The position numbers were made by a program, and so were the translations under genes. This document shows, one piece after another, positions 1 through 12,520 of a DNA stretch of 16,598 bases. Source of the stretch: a virus (Duplodnaviria; Heunggongvirae; Uroviricota; Caudoviricetes); IMG/VR virus record IMGVR_UViG_2554235127_000006, one strand, 5' to 3'. Below the pieces are notes generated by a model that was given only the letters and a program-made list of their open reading frames with translations, did not search any database and was not told the DNA's origin. The number at the start of each line of letters is the position of its first letter. The stretch's first letter is position 1.

Positions 1-986
1 ATATAATTCATTATCCCGTTAATTGGTTTGTTTTGTTTAAAATTATGCTTAGCGCAATAACGAGCATAATTTGAGTTAACTGGCCGCATTAACGGTTCAT
101 TTTTCCAGGGCGATGCTTCTTTGGCTTTGATAAAAGGTTGCGCACTTGGATAACCGGCCCAGTAATGCCAGGGTTTTGTCGGGCCGACATAATGAATTAA
201 TACGGTTTCATCATTAATTGGACAAACAAATGATTTTTTTAATTCATAATTTAAACTAAATTGCGTATTGTATTTAGCATCAATGAATTTAACTTTCCCT
301 AACAGGATAAGATTAAGGATATCTTGATCCATATAGGTTAAACGGGAAACGATGGCTTTATCAGCAAGCATCGACATCGCTTTAGCAGAAACGGACTCCT
401 GCGCCCACGCTAGTGTATTAATTAACAGGACACCTGAATTAAAGTAACCCTTTTCAAGTTCATTACACTGCAGACTTTGACCCCGTAACGACCACCAGTT
501 AGCATCGCGTTCAGTAACAACAGCAGCAACGTTATTGGCAAGATCCATTGTTATCAGCGGCTTTAAGTTTCCCTGACAGGCGATATCAGCATCCAGGTAC
601 AGGATCTTATCTTGTTGATCAATAAAGTAATCTGCAATTACAAAACGGAAATACATGGCAATAGACCAATTTTTGGTCGTCGGTAATGCCTTAAGCCGTT
701 CACAATTCACCAGATGGATCTGGATACAGGTATGATAGCTTTTCGCTAATTGGGATAAACGCTGGATATCGGCTTCAGGGATATCATCAATAAAAACGTG
801 GAAGACAAAACTCACGTCGTTGTTATGTAACAAAACTGACGTGATTGAAACACCACAACCAAAAAGAAAGTTCTGATCAATGCCATAAGCAACATGGAAT
901 GATGATGCCACTGACGCCTCTGGGCTTTCATCGAAGATGATTGTCTTATTGATCATCTCTTGTGGATTAAAATAGTGGGCACTCAT
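1..986 (-). CDS. waaO: LPS core alpha-1,3-glycosyltransferase, GT8 family (WaaO/WaaI type); partial, 3' end lies beyond the window start
   Basis: Minus-strand ORF running off the window edge, start ATG at 984-986. My translation begins MSAHYFNPQEMINKTIIFDE... and reads as a GT8-family core glycosyltransferase. It sits immediately downstream of waaP in the operon. Symbol is uncertain: waaO (R1/R4 cores) versus waaI (R3 core). Confidence 0.72.
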   Translation of the reverse strand, partial: MSAHYFNPQEMINKTIIFDESPEASVASSFHVAYGIDQNFLFGCGVSITSVLLHNNDVSFVFHVFIDDIPEADIQRLSQLAKSYHTCIQIHLVNCERLKALPTTKNWSIAMYFRFVIADYFIDQQDKILYLDADIACQGNLKPLITMDLANNVAAVVTERDANWWSLRGQSLQCNELEKGYFNSGVLLINTLAWAQESVSAKAMSMLADKAIVSRLTYMDQDILNLILLGKVKFIDAKYNTQFSLNYELKKSFVCPINDETVLIHYVGPTKPWHYWAGYPSAQPFIKAKEASPWKNEPLMRPVNSNYARYCAKHNFKQNKPINGIMNY

Positions 987-1001
987 ATTTCTCTCCGGAA
1001 A

Positions 1002-1799
1002 TTACAACGATTTTCGAATCGTTCTTTCCCTGATTTTTGTGGCTTTTTCTTCTGCTTGCGACAGCAGCCCTTGTTCCTGCTTGATAATGTCTTTAAGCGG
1101 GGCGACAAAATACACTTTCATAAACCGCCAGATATCCCGCTGAGTCAGGCCAATATTCATCGAAGAAAAATAAAGTCCAATAAGATCTTTATCCCGCCAA
1201 CGACGCGGTACTTTTGCACGTATCTGCGCCCGGTGCAGGTCAATTACTGAAATTTTTAACACCTCTTCCTTACCGGAAAAAGGCAAGTGCAGCAGGAAAT
1301 GACAGATATAACAGTCACGGTGGTTAATGCCCGCAGCATGCATATCGCGCACCATCGTCGCGACACGCTTAATAAGCATACGCTTTACGCGAACATCTGG
1401 TGAGTTGGTCGCCCAGTCAGCACAGTAATCTTCCAGACTGATGGTTGGTGTCAGATCTTCGGTAATAATAAACGAGGTTCTGGTCAGCGGATTAATGCCT
1501 TTTTCGCCGAATGCCACCCCATACATAGTATCAACGCCGACATCCCGCAGTCGATGAATCGCATTCCATTCGCGGTCTGCGCCTAATACTGGCATCCGCA
1601 ATGAGAGTAAATTTTTGATTATCTCTTTCAGGGTCGTGCCGCGATGCCATTTGAGAAAATAGCTTTTGCCCGCCATTTCAAAGCGCAGAGTGCGGCGAGT
1701 TTCCAGTTCACGAAATACCTCACCCTGCAAGGTTTTAACTTCCTCAAAAGGATCTTTACCGCGCCATAACGTGGCAAACGGCTCTTTAAGTTCAACCAT
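1002..1799 (-). CDS. waaP: LPS core heptose(I) kinase WaaP
   Basis: Track ORF 1002..1808; protein [21 protein letters not shown]... matches WaaP as I recall it (265 aa). I place the start at the ATG at 1797-1799 rather than the upstream GTG. Start overlaps the waaG stop by 8 nt. Confidence 0.9.
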   Translation of the reverse strand: MVELKEPFATLWRGKDPFEEVKTLQGEVFRELETRRTLRFEMAGKSYFLKWHRGTTLKEIIKNLLSLRMPVLGADREWNAIHRLRDVGVDTMYGVAFGEKGINPLTRTSFIITEDLTPTISLEDYCADWATNSPDVRVKRMLIKRVATMVRDMHAAGINHRDCYICHFLLHLPFSGKEEVLKISVIDLHRAQIRAKVPRRWRDKDLIGLYFSSMNIGLTQRDIWRFMKVYFVAPLKDIIKQEQGLLSQAEEKATKIRERTIRKSL

Positions 1800-2916
1800 C
1801 CAGACCACCCGTTATGATGTCCGCCGCTTTCTCTGGCAGACTGTATAAATCTTGTGTATCAGCATAATGTCGCGCATTTTCCGCCCAGGCCTGGCGCAAT
1901 GAAGATTGCGTTAACGCTTTGCGTAAAATCTCATTCAATGTTTCCTGGCGGAATGGCTCAGCAATAGCCTCGCCGCAATTGGCATCGACAATATAATGCG
2001 CATAGCCACAAACGGCTGTTGTTAGTACCGGTAATCCTGCAGTTATCGCTTCCAGCAGCACAATTCCCGCCGCTTCCTGGTAGGCAGGATGAAGTAATAA
2101 ATCCGCCGCCGCCATTAATTCCGAGACATCGTTGCGCCCCGAGAAGAAGTGAACATTACTGCGCACGCCGCGTTTTTCTGCCAGCGCCTCAAATTTTCGC
2201 GGTTTATCCTGCCCAACAACATATAGTAATGTGTTGTGGCGCAGCGAATCCGGTAACGAAGCAAGTGCTTCAATGGAACGATCGACACCTTTACGCGTGA
2301 AGTCTGAACCGACCTGCAACAATAAATATTGTTGTTCGGTTATTCCATTCTTCTTACGGAAGATTTCACGGCTATTGGCTGGCTGCTGGCTATATTTACG
2401 ATCAGGATAAATCCCCGGAGGCAGAATATGAAAACGCTCCGCTTCAGTCTGATAATGTTTCTGGAAATCGGCGATTTGCTTATCTGTCAGCATCAGCAGC
2501 TGTGTCGGCTTGCCCTGTTCGAAGGTTGCCCGCTCAAAGGCGGCATAATGGCGATAACGTGACGTCAGGCGATAGAAAAAGCCTTTCTCCTGCGCTACTT
2601 TCTCGGCATAACAAACATCAGCGGCATAATAAACGTCCAGCCCCGGCATTTTATTAAATCCAACGACTCTATCGACGGGGTGTTCACGTAAATGTTTTTG
2701 CACCCAGGCAAAATATTCCGCATTGCGCCCGTGATTGGTATGCGATTTAACCGGCACTTTGATCAGTTCAAATACATCAGGGCATTCGCCTTCCCACGAC
2801 TGGGTATAAACCCGAACATGATGACCTCGGGCGGCGACTGTCTGAGCAATACGCATAAAATCGCGCTGCAAACCGCCAAAGGGAAAATATTTATATAAAC
2901 AAAAAGCAACGATCAT
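1792..2916 (-). CDS. waaG: LPS core glucosyltransferase I WaaG
   Basis: 374-aa [27 protein letters not shown]..., glycosyltransferase. Start ATG (2914-2916) overlaps the waaQ stop in a 4-nt TCAT/ATGA arrangement. Confidence 0.92.
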   Translation of the reverse strand: MIVAFCLYKYFPFGGLQRDFMRIAQTVAARGHHVRVYTQSWEGECPDVFELIKVPVKSHTNHGRNAEYFAWVQKHLREHPVDRVVGFNKMPGLDVYYAADVCYAEKVAQEKGFFYRLTSRYRHYAAFERATFEQGKPTQLLMLTDKQIADFQKHYQTEAERFHILPPGIYPDRKYSQQPANSREIFRKKNGITEQQYLLLQVGSDFTRKGVDRSIEALASLPDSLRHNTLLYVVGQDKPRKFEALAEKRGVRSNVHFFSGRNDVSELMAAADLLLHPAYQEAAGIVLLEAITAGLPVLTTAVCGYAHYIVDANCGEAIAEPFRQETLNEILRKALTQSSLRQAWAENARHYADTQDLYSLPEKAADIITGGLDG

Positions 2917-3935
2917 AACGACGTACCTGTCGTGGAGGAGGGAAGTAATTTATCGACAGCTGCAATGACATCTGCCGCCGGAATAACCGAAAGATACATC
3001 TCATTTCGGTCACGCTGATCGCGCGTTGGCATTTCCCGGTAATCTCCCGCCCAGAATTGAATCATGTTATTTGACCAGGGACGCCAGAAAATATGGTCTG
3101 TCGCACCAAACAGCGATATCAGCGGCGTATTAACTGCAGCGGCAATATGCGCCGGTGCGGAATCAACGCCAATAAACAGCTGCGCATGATCGATTAACGC
3201 ACCAAGTTCCGGGAAGGTCACCTTTCCGGCCAGCGCCGTTACTGGTGGCGTCTGGCATCCCTGCGCAATTTCATTGACGCAGGCCAGATCGTCTTTATCT
3301 GGGCCGGACGTCAGAACGACTTCATAACCACGAGCATGTAAGGCATCAATCACAGCGGAAAACTTGGCGTTGTCCCAGCATTTGAAGATTTGCCGCGCCG
3401 TAGGTTGGATAACCACATAATTTTGTCCAACACCAGCGTGATCAAGTTCGCGACGCATACGTTTCCAGCTTGCAGGCGGGTAACTCATGGTTGTCTGCTT
3501 CACCAACGATTCAAGTCCCAATGGCGTCAGCACGGATAAGTTACTTTCCACCACATTTCCACCCTGCAACGGCACCAAATGAGTGAAACTATTACGCCAA
3601 AAAGCAGACTGCCGATGATGATAATCCTGGGAAATTTTCACACGGGCATTTAATAAACGAACCAGTATAGCAATCATCCATTGATCGGTAAGATTAACGA
3701 TAAGGTCATACTTATTGGCACGTAATACCTTGATGAGATGAAAAAAGTTGGCAATTTTTTCTGAGGCTTTTGCTTTTTTATTTTTTATGCCGTAGAGCGC
3801 GTTAATCTCTGGATTTTCAGACAGGATCGGGATGGTGTCCTGATAAAGCAGCACATCGATTTTTGCGTCAGGGTAATTTTTTTTCAGCGAACTAATGACG
3901 GGAGTAGTTAATAACATATCCCCATGAAAACGCAT
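2913..3935 (-). CDS. waaQ: LPS heptosyltransferase III WaaQ
   Basis: Track ORF 2913..3971. The recognised WaaQ sequence begins MRFHGDMLLTTPVISSLKKNYPDA, which is the 13th codon of the track ORF, so the start is placed at 3935. First gene of the minus-strand waa core operon. Confidence 0.88.
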   Translation of the reverse strand: MRFHGDMLLTTPVISSLKKNYPDAKIDVLLYQDTIPILSENPEINALYGIKNKKAKASEKIANFFHLIKVLRANKYDLIVNLTDQWMIAILVRLLNARVKISQDYHHRQSAFWRNSFTHLVPLQGGNVVESNLSVLTPLGLESLVKQTTMSYPPASWKRMRRELDHAGVGQNYVVIQPTARQIFKCWDNAKFSAVIDALHARGYEVVLTSGPDKDDLACVNEIAQGCQTPPVTALAGKVTFPELGALIDHAQLFIGVDSAPAHIAAAVNTPLISLFGATDHIFWRPWSNNMIQFWAGDYREMPTRDQRDRNEMYLSVIPAADVIAAVDKLLPSSTTGTSL

Positions 3936-4020
3936 CTTAATGAGCAAAATTCTTCGAAATGGCTTATCCACAAGTAACTCTTTTTGTTGAGATTATCCGA
4001 TTAAGGTGAAGCAGAAAAAG

Positions 4021-4032
4021 CACGCTACCGCC
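4021..4032 (-). promoter_or_regulatory. ops element (GGCGGTAGCGTG) of the JUMPstart sequence in the waaQ operon leader; RfaH recruitment site
   Basis: Plus strand 4021-4032 reads CACGCTACCGCC, the reverse complement of GGCGGTAGCGTG, an exact ops match. It lies about 90 nt upstream of the waaQ start on the transcribed strand. Confidence 0.8.
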
Positions 4033-4383
4033 CCAGGCTCAACAGCTACCTGAATACTGATACCGCACTGATATTGACGCGCTAGTGTATCACTTCTTTC
4101 GCGGCAATCCGACCCGAATGATTTTTAAGCACATTGTTGATTTTCAATAAAGAAATCAATCAAATAAAATCATTAGCAACCATATTCTTTTACTGTTGCT
4201 CTGCGATTCCTTCCTGCACGTACTGCAGAAATCAATGAATCGCATAAAAATACAAAAAAAGTATAGATGTTCAGCAAGAATTGGCGGGTAAATTGCTATT
4301 TAAGTCAAAAACGGGAAAAGTAATGGTAAAGCCACAGCTAAATACATAGAATCCCCAGCACATCCATAAGTCAGCTATTTACT

Positions 4384-6148
<1,765 letters not shown>

Positions 6149-6155
6149 AGTTTAT

Positions 6156-6177
6156 GCCGGATGGTATGCCATCCGGC
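6156..6177. repeat. Perfect 9-bp inverted repeat (GCCGGATGG / CCATCCGGC, 4-nt loop) between convergent coaD and mutM
   Basis: Read directly from the sequence. No clean T-run follows on either strand, so it is a hairpin or REP-like element rather than a canonical intrinsic terminator. Confidence 0.4.
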
Positions 6178-6186
6178 GCGCATCAA

Positions 6187-6996
6187 TTACTTCTGGCACT
6201 GCCGACAATAAAACGTTGCCCGCTGCGCATGTTTAGTCGCCACAATCGGCGTACCGCACACCCGACACGGCTCACCTTTTCGCCCGTAAACCTGCAATTC
6301 CTGAGCGAAATAGCCCGGTTTACCATCACTTTGCAGAAAATCTTTCAGCGTTGTACCGCCCTGCTCAATCGAACGCAGCAACACCGCTTTAATCACCCGA
6401 GCTAACAATTCACACTCCGCCAGCGACAGTGATGACGCCAGCCGATCCGGATGGATCCCCGCCGCAAACAGCGATTCGCTGGCATAGATATTCCCTACGC
6501 CTACCACCAGCTTGTTATCCATCAGCCACGGTTTAATCGCCGTTTTTTTCTTCGCGCACTTCTGATGCAGGTACTCACCGTTGAAATCGTCACTAAGCGG
6601 CTCCGGTCCAAGATGGGCCAGCACGTTGTGCCCTTCCAGCTCTTTGGTCCATAGCCAGGCACCAAAGCGGCGCGGATCGGTGTAGCGCAGCACTTTGCCG
6701 TTGCTCATCACCAAATCCACATGGTCATGCTTTTCAGGGGGAAGTTCTTCTGGAAGGATGCGCAGGCTGCCAGACATCCCCAAATGAATGATAATCCAGC
6801 CCTCAGGCAGCTCCAGCAGCAGATATTTAGCCCGGCGCTGCACGCTAAGCACTGGTTGGTCGCTTAAACGGTAGATCTCTTCTGAAACCGGCCAGCGCAA
6901 GCGTCCGTTGCGCACCACCGCATGAAGAATGGTTGCACCAACGAGATGCGGTTCTATGCCGCGACGGCTGGTTTCAACTTCGGGTAATTCAGGCAT
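6187..6996 (-). CDS. mutM: Formamidopyrimidine-DNA glycosylase MutM/Fpg
   Basis: 269-aa [23 protein letters not shown]... (N-terminal PELPEVE catalytic region); C-terminal CRVCGTPI...CRQCQ zinc finger. Confidence 0.95.
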
Positions 6997-7049
6997 AGCA
7001 TCTCCAGGAATGAACAGATGCAGTCAATATGGGGGCAAGCAGATAACAA

Positions 7050-7078
7050 AAAACCCCGCCGGGGCGAGGTTTTTTGTT
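7050..7078 (-). terminator. GC-rich hairpin flanked by A-run and T-run between rpmG and mutM; probable intrinsic terminator of the rpmBG transcript
   Basis: Plus strand reads AAAAAACCCCGCCGGGGCGAGGTTTTTTGTT; the minus-strand transcript has a short GC stem followed by a U-run, 16 nt after the rpmG stop. The stem is short, so this is probably a partial terminator. Confidence 0.55.
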
Positions 7079-7093
7079 ACATCAAAGCGAGAA

Positions 7094-7264
<171 letters not shown>

Positions 7265-7281
7265 TTATTTCCTCTAAGTAC

Positions 7282-7539
<258 letters not shown>

Positions 7540-7663
7540 TTAGCTCGAGCTTCGTATGGGGTATTGGCGCCTCGTCAGGCTTTACAGCCCGGTCATCGCA
7601 GTTCTATGTGAACTCTCGATTGCCAGGCCCAAATGCCAAACCCGAGATTCTCAAAGGTGGCGT

Positions 7664-7692
7664 AGTATACGCTGACTCAGCGATGTGCTCAA
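7664..7692 (-). promoter_or_regulatory. Candidate sigma70 promoter for rpmB-rpmG (TTGAGC, 17-nt spacer, TATACT on the minus strand)
   Basis: Minus-strand reading gives cTTGAGCacatcgctgagtcagcgTATACTacg, about 150 nt upstream of rpmB. Found by eye; not verified. Confidence 0.4.
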
Positions 7693-7708
7693 GTCCCGAA
7701 CAGACAAA

Positions 7709-7722
7709 GATCCCGAAGGATC
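7709..7722 (-). terminator. Hairpin GATCC-UUCG-GGAUC followed by a U-rich tract, downstream of yicR; weak terminator candidate
   Basis: Plus strand gatcccgaaggatc at 7709-7722; on the minus-strand transcript it is followed by UUUGUCUGUU. Short stem and interrupted U-run. Confidence 0.35.
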
Positions 7723-7734
7723 GCGCATAGCGGG

Positions 7735-8403
7735 TTAAATCCAGCCGCGTTCGGCAAAAGAAACATACTCTCCACGCCCAATCACGATATGGTCGAGCAC
7801 GCGTAAATCCATGAACTGACAACTCTTTATTATCCGTTCAGTAATGAGTTTATCCGCTTTACTGGGTTCAGCACAACCCGAAGGGTGATTATGCGCAAGG
7901 ATCAGCGCCGAGGCGTTTATTTTTATCGCTTCGCGGATAATTTCCCGAGGATGGACTTCAACATGGTTTAGCGTGCCGGAAAAAAGACGGCTATGCGTTA
8001 TAACTCTGTGTTGGGAGTCGAGAAAGATCACCATAAAGATCTCCCGCTCCTCGCCCGTGAGCTGGCTTTGTAAAAATTCCCTCGTCATCTCCGGGCTGAG
8101 TAAAGGGCTTTCTTCACGCATCCGTACGTTGTAGTAACGCCGCGCCAGTTCGGCAATCCCCTTTAACTGGGCGAATTTCGCCACGCCAATTCCATGAACG
8201 CCACTAAATTGCTCATATTCAGAGGTTAACAAGCCATAAAGAGAGCCGAAATTCTCCAGCATCTCTTTTGCCAGGGTTAATACATCTTTACCGCGCGTTC
8301 CGGTACGCAGAAATAGCGCCAACAGCTCGACATCCGTTAAGGCGCTAATACCAAACTTCAGCATTTTTTCGCGCGGCATCAACAGCTGTGCATTGTTTTT
8401 CAC
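7735..8403 (-). CDS. yicR: UPF0758 / RadC-like JAB-domain protein YicR
   Basis: Track ORF 7735..8409 starts at a GTG that abuts the Shine-Dalgarno AGGAGG. The second GTG (8401-8403) has 5-nt spacing and gives [15 protein letters not shown]..., a 222-aa product. Contains HNHPSG (JAMM-like motif). Confidence 0.85.
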
Positions 8404-8574
8404 CTTCACCTCCTTTGTGGTGCTCGCATCCTGTCATAGCCGTTCCTTTAAATCGACGGCCAGTTTTCAATCCTGGAAAGCGCCTCGCAAAGTGAATCTC
8501 AGGTGAAGGCACGACAACAAAAGTATTGTGATAAAATCGCCAACTTCTGGTGTCACCCAACAGGAAAAATCATC

Positions 8575-9795
8575 ATGAGCCTGGCCGGTAAAAAAATCGT
8601 TCTCGGCGTTAGCGGCGGTATTGCTGCCTATAAAACCCCTGAACTGGTGCGTCGTTTGCGCGATCGCGGGGCCGATGTCCGCGTAGCCATGACCGAAGCG
8701 GCAAAAGCCTTTATCACCCCACTTAGCTTGCAGGCGGTTTCTGGTTATCCCGTTTCCGACAGTCTGCTGGACCCGGCAGCCGAAGCCGCTATGGGCCATA
8801 TTGAGCTGGGAAAATGGGCTGATTTAGTGATTCTCGCCCCTGCCACGGCAGATTTAATTGCCCGTGTTGCAGCCGGAATGGCGAATGACCTGGTATCGAC
8901 GATTTGTCTGGCTACACCTGCGCCTGTAGCCGTGCTCCCCGCCATGAACCAGCAGATGTACCGTGCCGCCGCCACCCAGCATAATTTAGAGGTGCTTGCC
9001 TCGCGTGGTTTGCTCATCTGGGGGCCAGACAGCGGCAGTCAGGCTTGTGGTGATATCGGCCCAGGGCGAATGCTCGATCCGTTAACCATTGTGGATATGG
9101 CGGTAGCGCATTTTTCGCCCGTCAACGACCTGAAACATCTGAACATTATGATTACCGCCGGTCCGACGCGTGAACCGCTCGATCCCGTGCGTTATATCTC
9201 TAATCACAGCTCCGGCAAGATGGGTTTTGCTATCGCCGCCGCCGCAGCCCGTCGTGGTGCGAACGTCACGCTGGTATCAGGTCCGGTTTCATTACCGACG
9301 CCACCGTTTGTTAACCGTGTTGATGTGATGACCGCGCTGGAAATGGAAGCCGCCGTGAATGCTTCAGTACAGCAGCAAAATATTTTTATCGGTTGCGCCG
9401 CCGTGGCGGATTATCGCGCAGCTACCGTGGCCCCAGAAAAAATCAAAAAGCAGGCCACGCAGGGTGATGAATTAACAATAAAAATGGTTAAAAACCCCGA
9501 TATCGTCGCAGGCGTTGCCGCACTAAAAGACCATCGACCCTACGTCGTTGGATTTGCCGCCGAAACAAATAATGTGGAAGAATACGCCCGGCAAAAACGT
9601 ATCCGTAAAAACCTTGATCTGATCTGCGCGAACGATGTTTCCCAGCCAACTCAAGGATTTAACAGCGACAACAACGCATTACACCTTTTCTGGCAGGACG
9701 GAGATAAAGTCTTACCGCTTGAGCGCAAAGAGCTCCTTGGCCAATTATTACTCGACGAGATCGTGACCCGTTATGATGAAAAAAATCGACGTTAA
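8575..9795 (+). CDS. coaBC: Bifunctional phosphopantothenoylcysteine decarboxylase / phosphopantothenate-cysteine ligase CoaBC (Dfp)
   Basis: [28 protein letters not shown]... (flavoprotein N-terminus); 406 aa from the ATG at 8575. The track ORF carries a 24-codon upstream extension. Confidence 0.93.
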   Translation: MSLAGKKIVLGVSGGIAAYKTPELVRRLRDRGADVRVAMTEAAKAFITPLSLQAVSGYPVSDSLLDPAAEAAMGHIELGKWADLVILAPATADLIARVAAGMANDLVSTICLATPAPVAVLPAMNQQMYRAAATQHNLEVLASRGLLIWGPDSGSQACGDIGPGRMLDPLTIVDMAVAHFSPVNDLKHLNIMITAGPTREPLDPVRYISNHSSGKMGFAIAAAAARRGANVTLVSGPVSLPTPPFVNRVDVMTALEMEAAVNASVQQQNIFIGCAAVADYRAATVAPEKIKKQATQGDELTIKMVKNPDIVAGVAALKDHRPYVVGFAAETNNVEEYARQKRIRKNLDLICANDVSQPTQGFNSDNNALHLFWQDGDKVLPLERKELLGQLLLDEIVTRYDEKNRR

Positions 9796-10231
9796 GATTC
9801 TGGACCCGCGCGTTGGGAAGGAATTTCCGCTCCCGACTTATGCCACCTCTGGCTCTGCCGGACTTGACCTGCGTGCCTGTCTCGACGACGCCGTAGAACT
9901 GGCTCCGGGTGACACTACGCTGGTTCCGACCGGGCTGGCGATTCATATTGCCGATCCTTCACTGGCGGCAATGATGCTGCCGCGCTCCGGATTGGGACAT
10001 AAGCACGGTATCGTGCTTGGTAACCTGGTAGGATTGATCGATTCTGACTATCAGGGCCAGTTGATGATTTCCGTGTGGAACCGTGGTCAGGACAACTTCA
10101 CCATTCAACCTGGCGAACGCATCGCCCAGATGATTTTTGTTCCGGTAGTACAGGCTGAATTTAATCTGGTGGAAGATTTCGACGCCACCGACCGCGGTGA
10201 AGGCGGCTTTGGTCACTCTGGTCGTCAGTAA
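9773..10231 (+). CDS. dut: dUTP diphosphatase (dUTPase)
   Basis: [35 protein letters not shown]...; start overlaps the coaBC 3' end by 23 nt. The start could alternatively be the second ATG at 9776. Confidence 0.92.
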   Translation: MMKKIDVKILDPRVGKEFPLPTYATSGSAGLDLRACLDDAVELAPGDTTLVPTGLAIHIADPSLAAMMLPRSGLGHKHGIVLGNLVGLIDSDYQGQLMISVWNRGQDNFTIQPGERIAQMIFVPVVQAEFNLVEDFDATDRGEGGFGHSGRQ

Positions 10232-10337
10232 CACATACGCATCCGAATAACGTCATAACATAGCCGCAAACATTTCGTTTGCGGTCATAGCGTGGGTGCC
10301 GCCTGGCAAGTGCTTATTTTCAGGGGTATTTTGTAAC

Positions 10338-10934
10338 ATGGCAGAAAAACAAACTGCGAAAAGGAACCGTCGCGAGGAAATACTTCAGTCTCTGGCGCTG
10401 ATGCTGGAATCCAGCGATGGAAGCCAACGTATCACGACGGCAAAACTGGCCGCCTCTGTCGGCGTTTCCGAAGCGGCACTGTATCGCCACTTCCCCAGTA
10501 AGACCCGCATGTTCGATAGCCTGATTGAGTTTATCGAAGATAGCCTGATTACTCGCATCAATCTGATTCTGAAAGATGAGAAGGACACCACAGCGCGCCT
10601 GCGTCTGATTGTGTTGCTGCTTCTCGGTTTTGGTGAGCGTAATCCTGGCCTGACCCGCATCCTCACTGGTCATGCACTAATGTTTGAACAGGATCGCCTG
10701 CAAGGGCGCATCAACCAGCTATTCGAGCGTATTGAAGCGCAGTTGCGTCAGGTATTGCGTGAAAAGAGAATGCGTGAGGGCGAAGGCTACGCGACGGATG
10801 AAACCCTGCTGGCAAGCCAGATCCTGGCCTTCTGTGAAGGTATGCTGTCACGCTTTGTCCGCAGCGAGTTTAAATACCGCCCGACGGATGACTTTGACGC
10901 CCGCTGGCCGCTAATTGCTGCACAGTTGCAGTAA
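10338..10934 (+). CDS. slmA: Nucleoid occlusion factor SlmA (TetR family)
   Basis: [55 protein letters not shown]... (TetR-type HTH); 198 aa from the ATG at 10338. Confidence 0.92.
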   Translation: MAEKQTAKRNRREEILQSLALMLESSDGSQRITTAKLAASVGVSEAALYRHFPSKTRMFDSLIEFIEDSLITRINLILKDEKDTTARLRLIVLLLLGFGERNPGLTRILTGHALMFEQDRLQGRINQLFERIEAQLRQVLREKRMREGEGYATDETLLASQILAFCEGMLSRFVRSEFKYRPTDDFDARWPLIAAQLQ

Positions 10935-10939
10935 TATGA

Positions 10940-10972
10940 CGCCGGATGACTTTTCATCCGGCGAGTTTCTTT
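10940..10972 (+). terminator. Intrinsic terminator after slmA (10-bp stem CGCCGGATGA / TCATCCGGCG, loop CTTT, then a T-rich tail)
   Basis: Perfect inverted repeat read from the sequence, followed by AGTTTCTTT. It overlaps the 3' end of convergent pyrE. Confidence 0.65.
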
Positions 10973-11612
10973 AAACGCCGAACTCTTCGCGATAGGCCTT
11001 AACCGCCGCCAGATGTTCCGCCATTTCTGGCTTCTCTTCCAGATAGGCAATCAGATCTTTCAAGGTGATGATAGAGATCACTTTGCAGTTGTAATCACGC
11101 TCAACTTCCTGAATTGCCGAAATCTCGCCGCGCCCCCGTTCCTGACGATCGAGCGAAATCAATACGCCAGCAAGCGTCGCGCCATTGGCCTGAATAATTT
11201 CCATCGACTCGCGAATCGCCGTTCCGGCGGTGATCACATCATCCACCAGCATTATGCGTCCTTGTAACGCGCTACCGACCAGATTGCCGCCTTCACCGTG
11301 GTCTTTTGCTTCTTTGCGGTTAAAGCAGTACGGCAGGTCCAGGTCATGATGCTCCGCCAGCGCCACGGCAGTTGTGGTGGCAATCGGGATCCCTTTGTAA
11401 GCAGGGCCAAACAGCAGATCGAACTCAATGCCGGAATCCACCAATGCTTCAGCGTAAAAACGGCCTAACAGTGCCAGATCGCGCCCGGTATTAAACAGCC
11501 CGGCGTTGAAGAAATAGGGGCTTTTGCGCCCGGATTTCAGCGTGAACTCGCCAAACTTTAACACCTGCTTGCTAAGCGCAAATTCAATAAACTGGCGCTG
11601 ATATGGTTTCAT
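10971..11612 (-). CDS. pyrE: Orotate phosphoribosyltransferase
   Basis: [43 protein letters not shown]...; PRPP-binding [10 protein letters not shown] motif; 213 aa from the ATG at 11610-11612. Confidence 0.93.
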   Translation of the reverse strand: MKPYQRQFIEFALSKQVLKFGEFTLKSGRKSPYFFNAGLFNTGRDLALLGRFYAEALVDSGIEFDLLFGPAYKGIPIATTTAVALAEHHDLDLPYCFNRKEAKDHGEGGNLVGSALQGRIMLVDDVITAGTAIRESMEIIQANGATLAGVLISLDRQERGRGEISAIQEVERDYNCKVISIITLKDLIAYLEEKPEMAEHLAAVKAYREEFGV

Positions 11613-11643
11613 GCCTTCGCTCCTCATCTTACTTTTCTACAGA

Positions 11644-11672
11644 CAAAAAAAAGGCGACTCATCAGTCGCCTT
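11644..11672 (-). terminator. pyrE attenuator: intrinsic terminator hairpin in the rph-pyrE intercistronic region
   Basis: Minus-strand transcript reads UUAAGGCGACUGAUGAGUCGCCUUUUUUUU: 7-bp GC-rich stem, 4-nt loop, 8 U. It lies 6 nt after the rph stop and about 30 nt before the pyrE start, matching the known UTP-sensitive attenuator arrangement. Confidence 0.8.
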
Positions 11673-11677
11673 AAAAA

Positions 11678-12394
11678 TCAGTTTGCCAGCGCCGCCTTCT
11701 GCGTCGCTACAATGGATTCGATTCCCCCTCGGGCCAGCGCCAACAAGGTGAGTAACTCTTCGTGGGTGAACGGTTCGCCTTCTGCCGTCCCCTGCACTTC
11801 AATGATACGCCCGTCTTCGGTCATCACTACGTTCATGTCGGTCTCTGCGGCAGAGTCTTCAACATATTCCAGATCGCAAACCGCTTCGCCGTTCACAATC
11901 CCGACAGAGACCGCGGCTACCATCCCTTTCATTGGATTAGTTTTCAGCTTGCCGTTTTCCACCAGCTTCTGTAGCGCATCTGCCAGCGCCACGCAGGCAC
12001 CCGTAATCGAAGCGGTACGCGTGCCACCATCAGCCTGAAGCACGTCGCAGTCCAGCGTAATGGTGAACTCACCCAGTGCTTTCAAATCTACTGCCGCGCG
12101 AAGAGCACGGGCGATCAGACGCTGGATTTCCATTGTGCGTCCACCCTGCTTACCTTTCGCCGCTTCACGCGCGTTACGGGTATGGGTAGAACGCGGCAGC
12201 ATACCGTACTCTGCGGTGATCCAGCCCTGGCCCTGACCTTTCAGGAAGCGCGGCACGCCTTCTTCAATAGAGGCGGTACACAACACTTTGGTATCGCCAA
12301 ATTCGACCAGCACCGAGCCTTCTGCATGTTTTGTATAGTTACGAGTCAGGGTAACGGGACGCACCTGATTATTGCTACGGCCTGCTGGACGCAT
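11678..12394 (-). CDS. rph: Ribonuclease PH (full length, 238 aa)
   Basis: [39 protein letters not shown]... through ...[12 protein letters not shown] place the start at the ATG at 12392-12394 (ninth codon of the track ORF). Confidence 0.9.
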   Translation of the reverse strand: MRPAGRSNNQVRPVTLTRNYTKHAEGSVLVEFGDTKVLCTASIEEGVPRFLKGQGQGWITAEYGMLPRSTHTRNAREAAKGKQGGRTMEIQRLIARALRAAVDLKALGEFTITLDCDVLQADGGTRTASITGACVALADALQKLVENGKLKTNPMKGMVAAVSVGIVNGEAVCDLEYVEDSAAETDMNVVMTEDGRIIEVQGTAEGEPFTHEELLTLLALARGGIESIVATQKAALAN

Positions 12395-12520
12395 ATTGAA
12401 ATCTCCGGCTTGAAACAAATGTGGCTGCGCATTATACGGACTTCCGGCGGTTATTCCTATCCTGACAAGGCATCGATGGCTATAATCCTTCCACCTCTCC
12501 TTTTATAAACAGGAACGTCT

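Noticed and set aside
960-1250. 96-aa plus-strand ORF across the waaO/waaP junction
   Set aside because: Opposite strand to two overlapping, well-supported operon genes; spurious.
8467-8799. 110-aa and 71-aa minus-strand ORFs in the yicR-dfp region (8345..8560, 8467..8799)
   Set aside because: They overlap the divergent promoter region and the coaBC coding sequence; the real genes account for the region.
9773-9795. 23-nt coaBC/dut overlap as a possible programmed frameshift or fusion
   Set aside because: Both proteins are full length in their own frames, and short overlaps between adjacent genes in an operon are ordinary; no slippery sequence or structure noted.
10320-10673. Two minus-strand ORFs (117 and 93 aa) inside slmA
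   Set aside because: Antisense to slmA; spurious.
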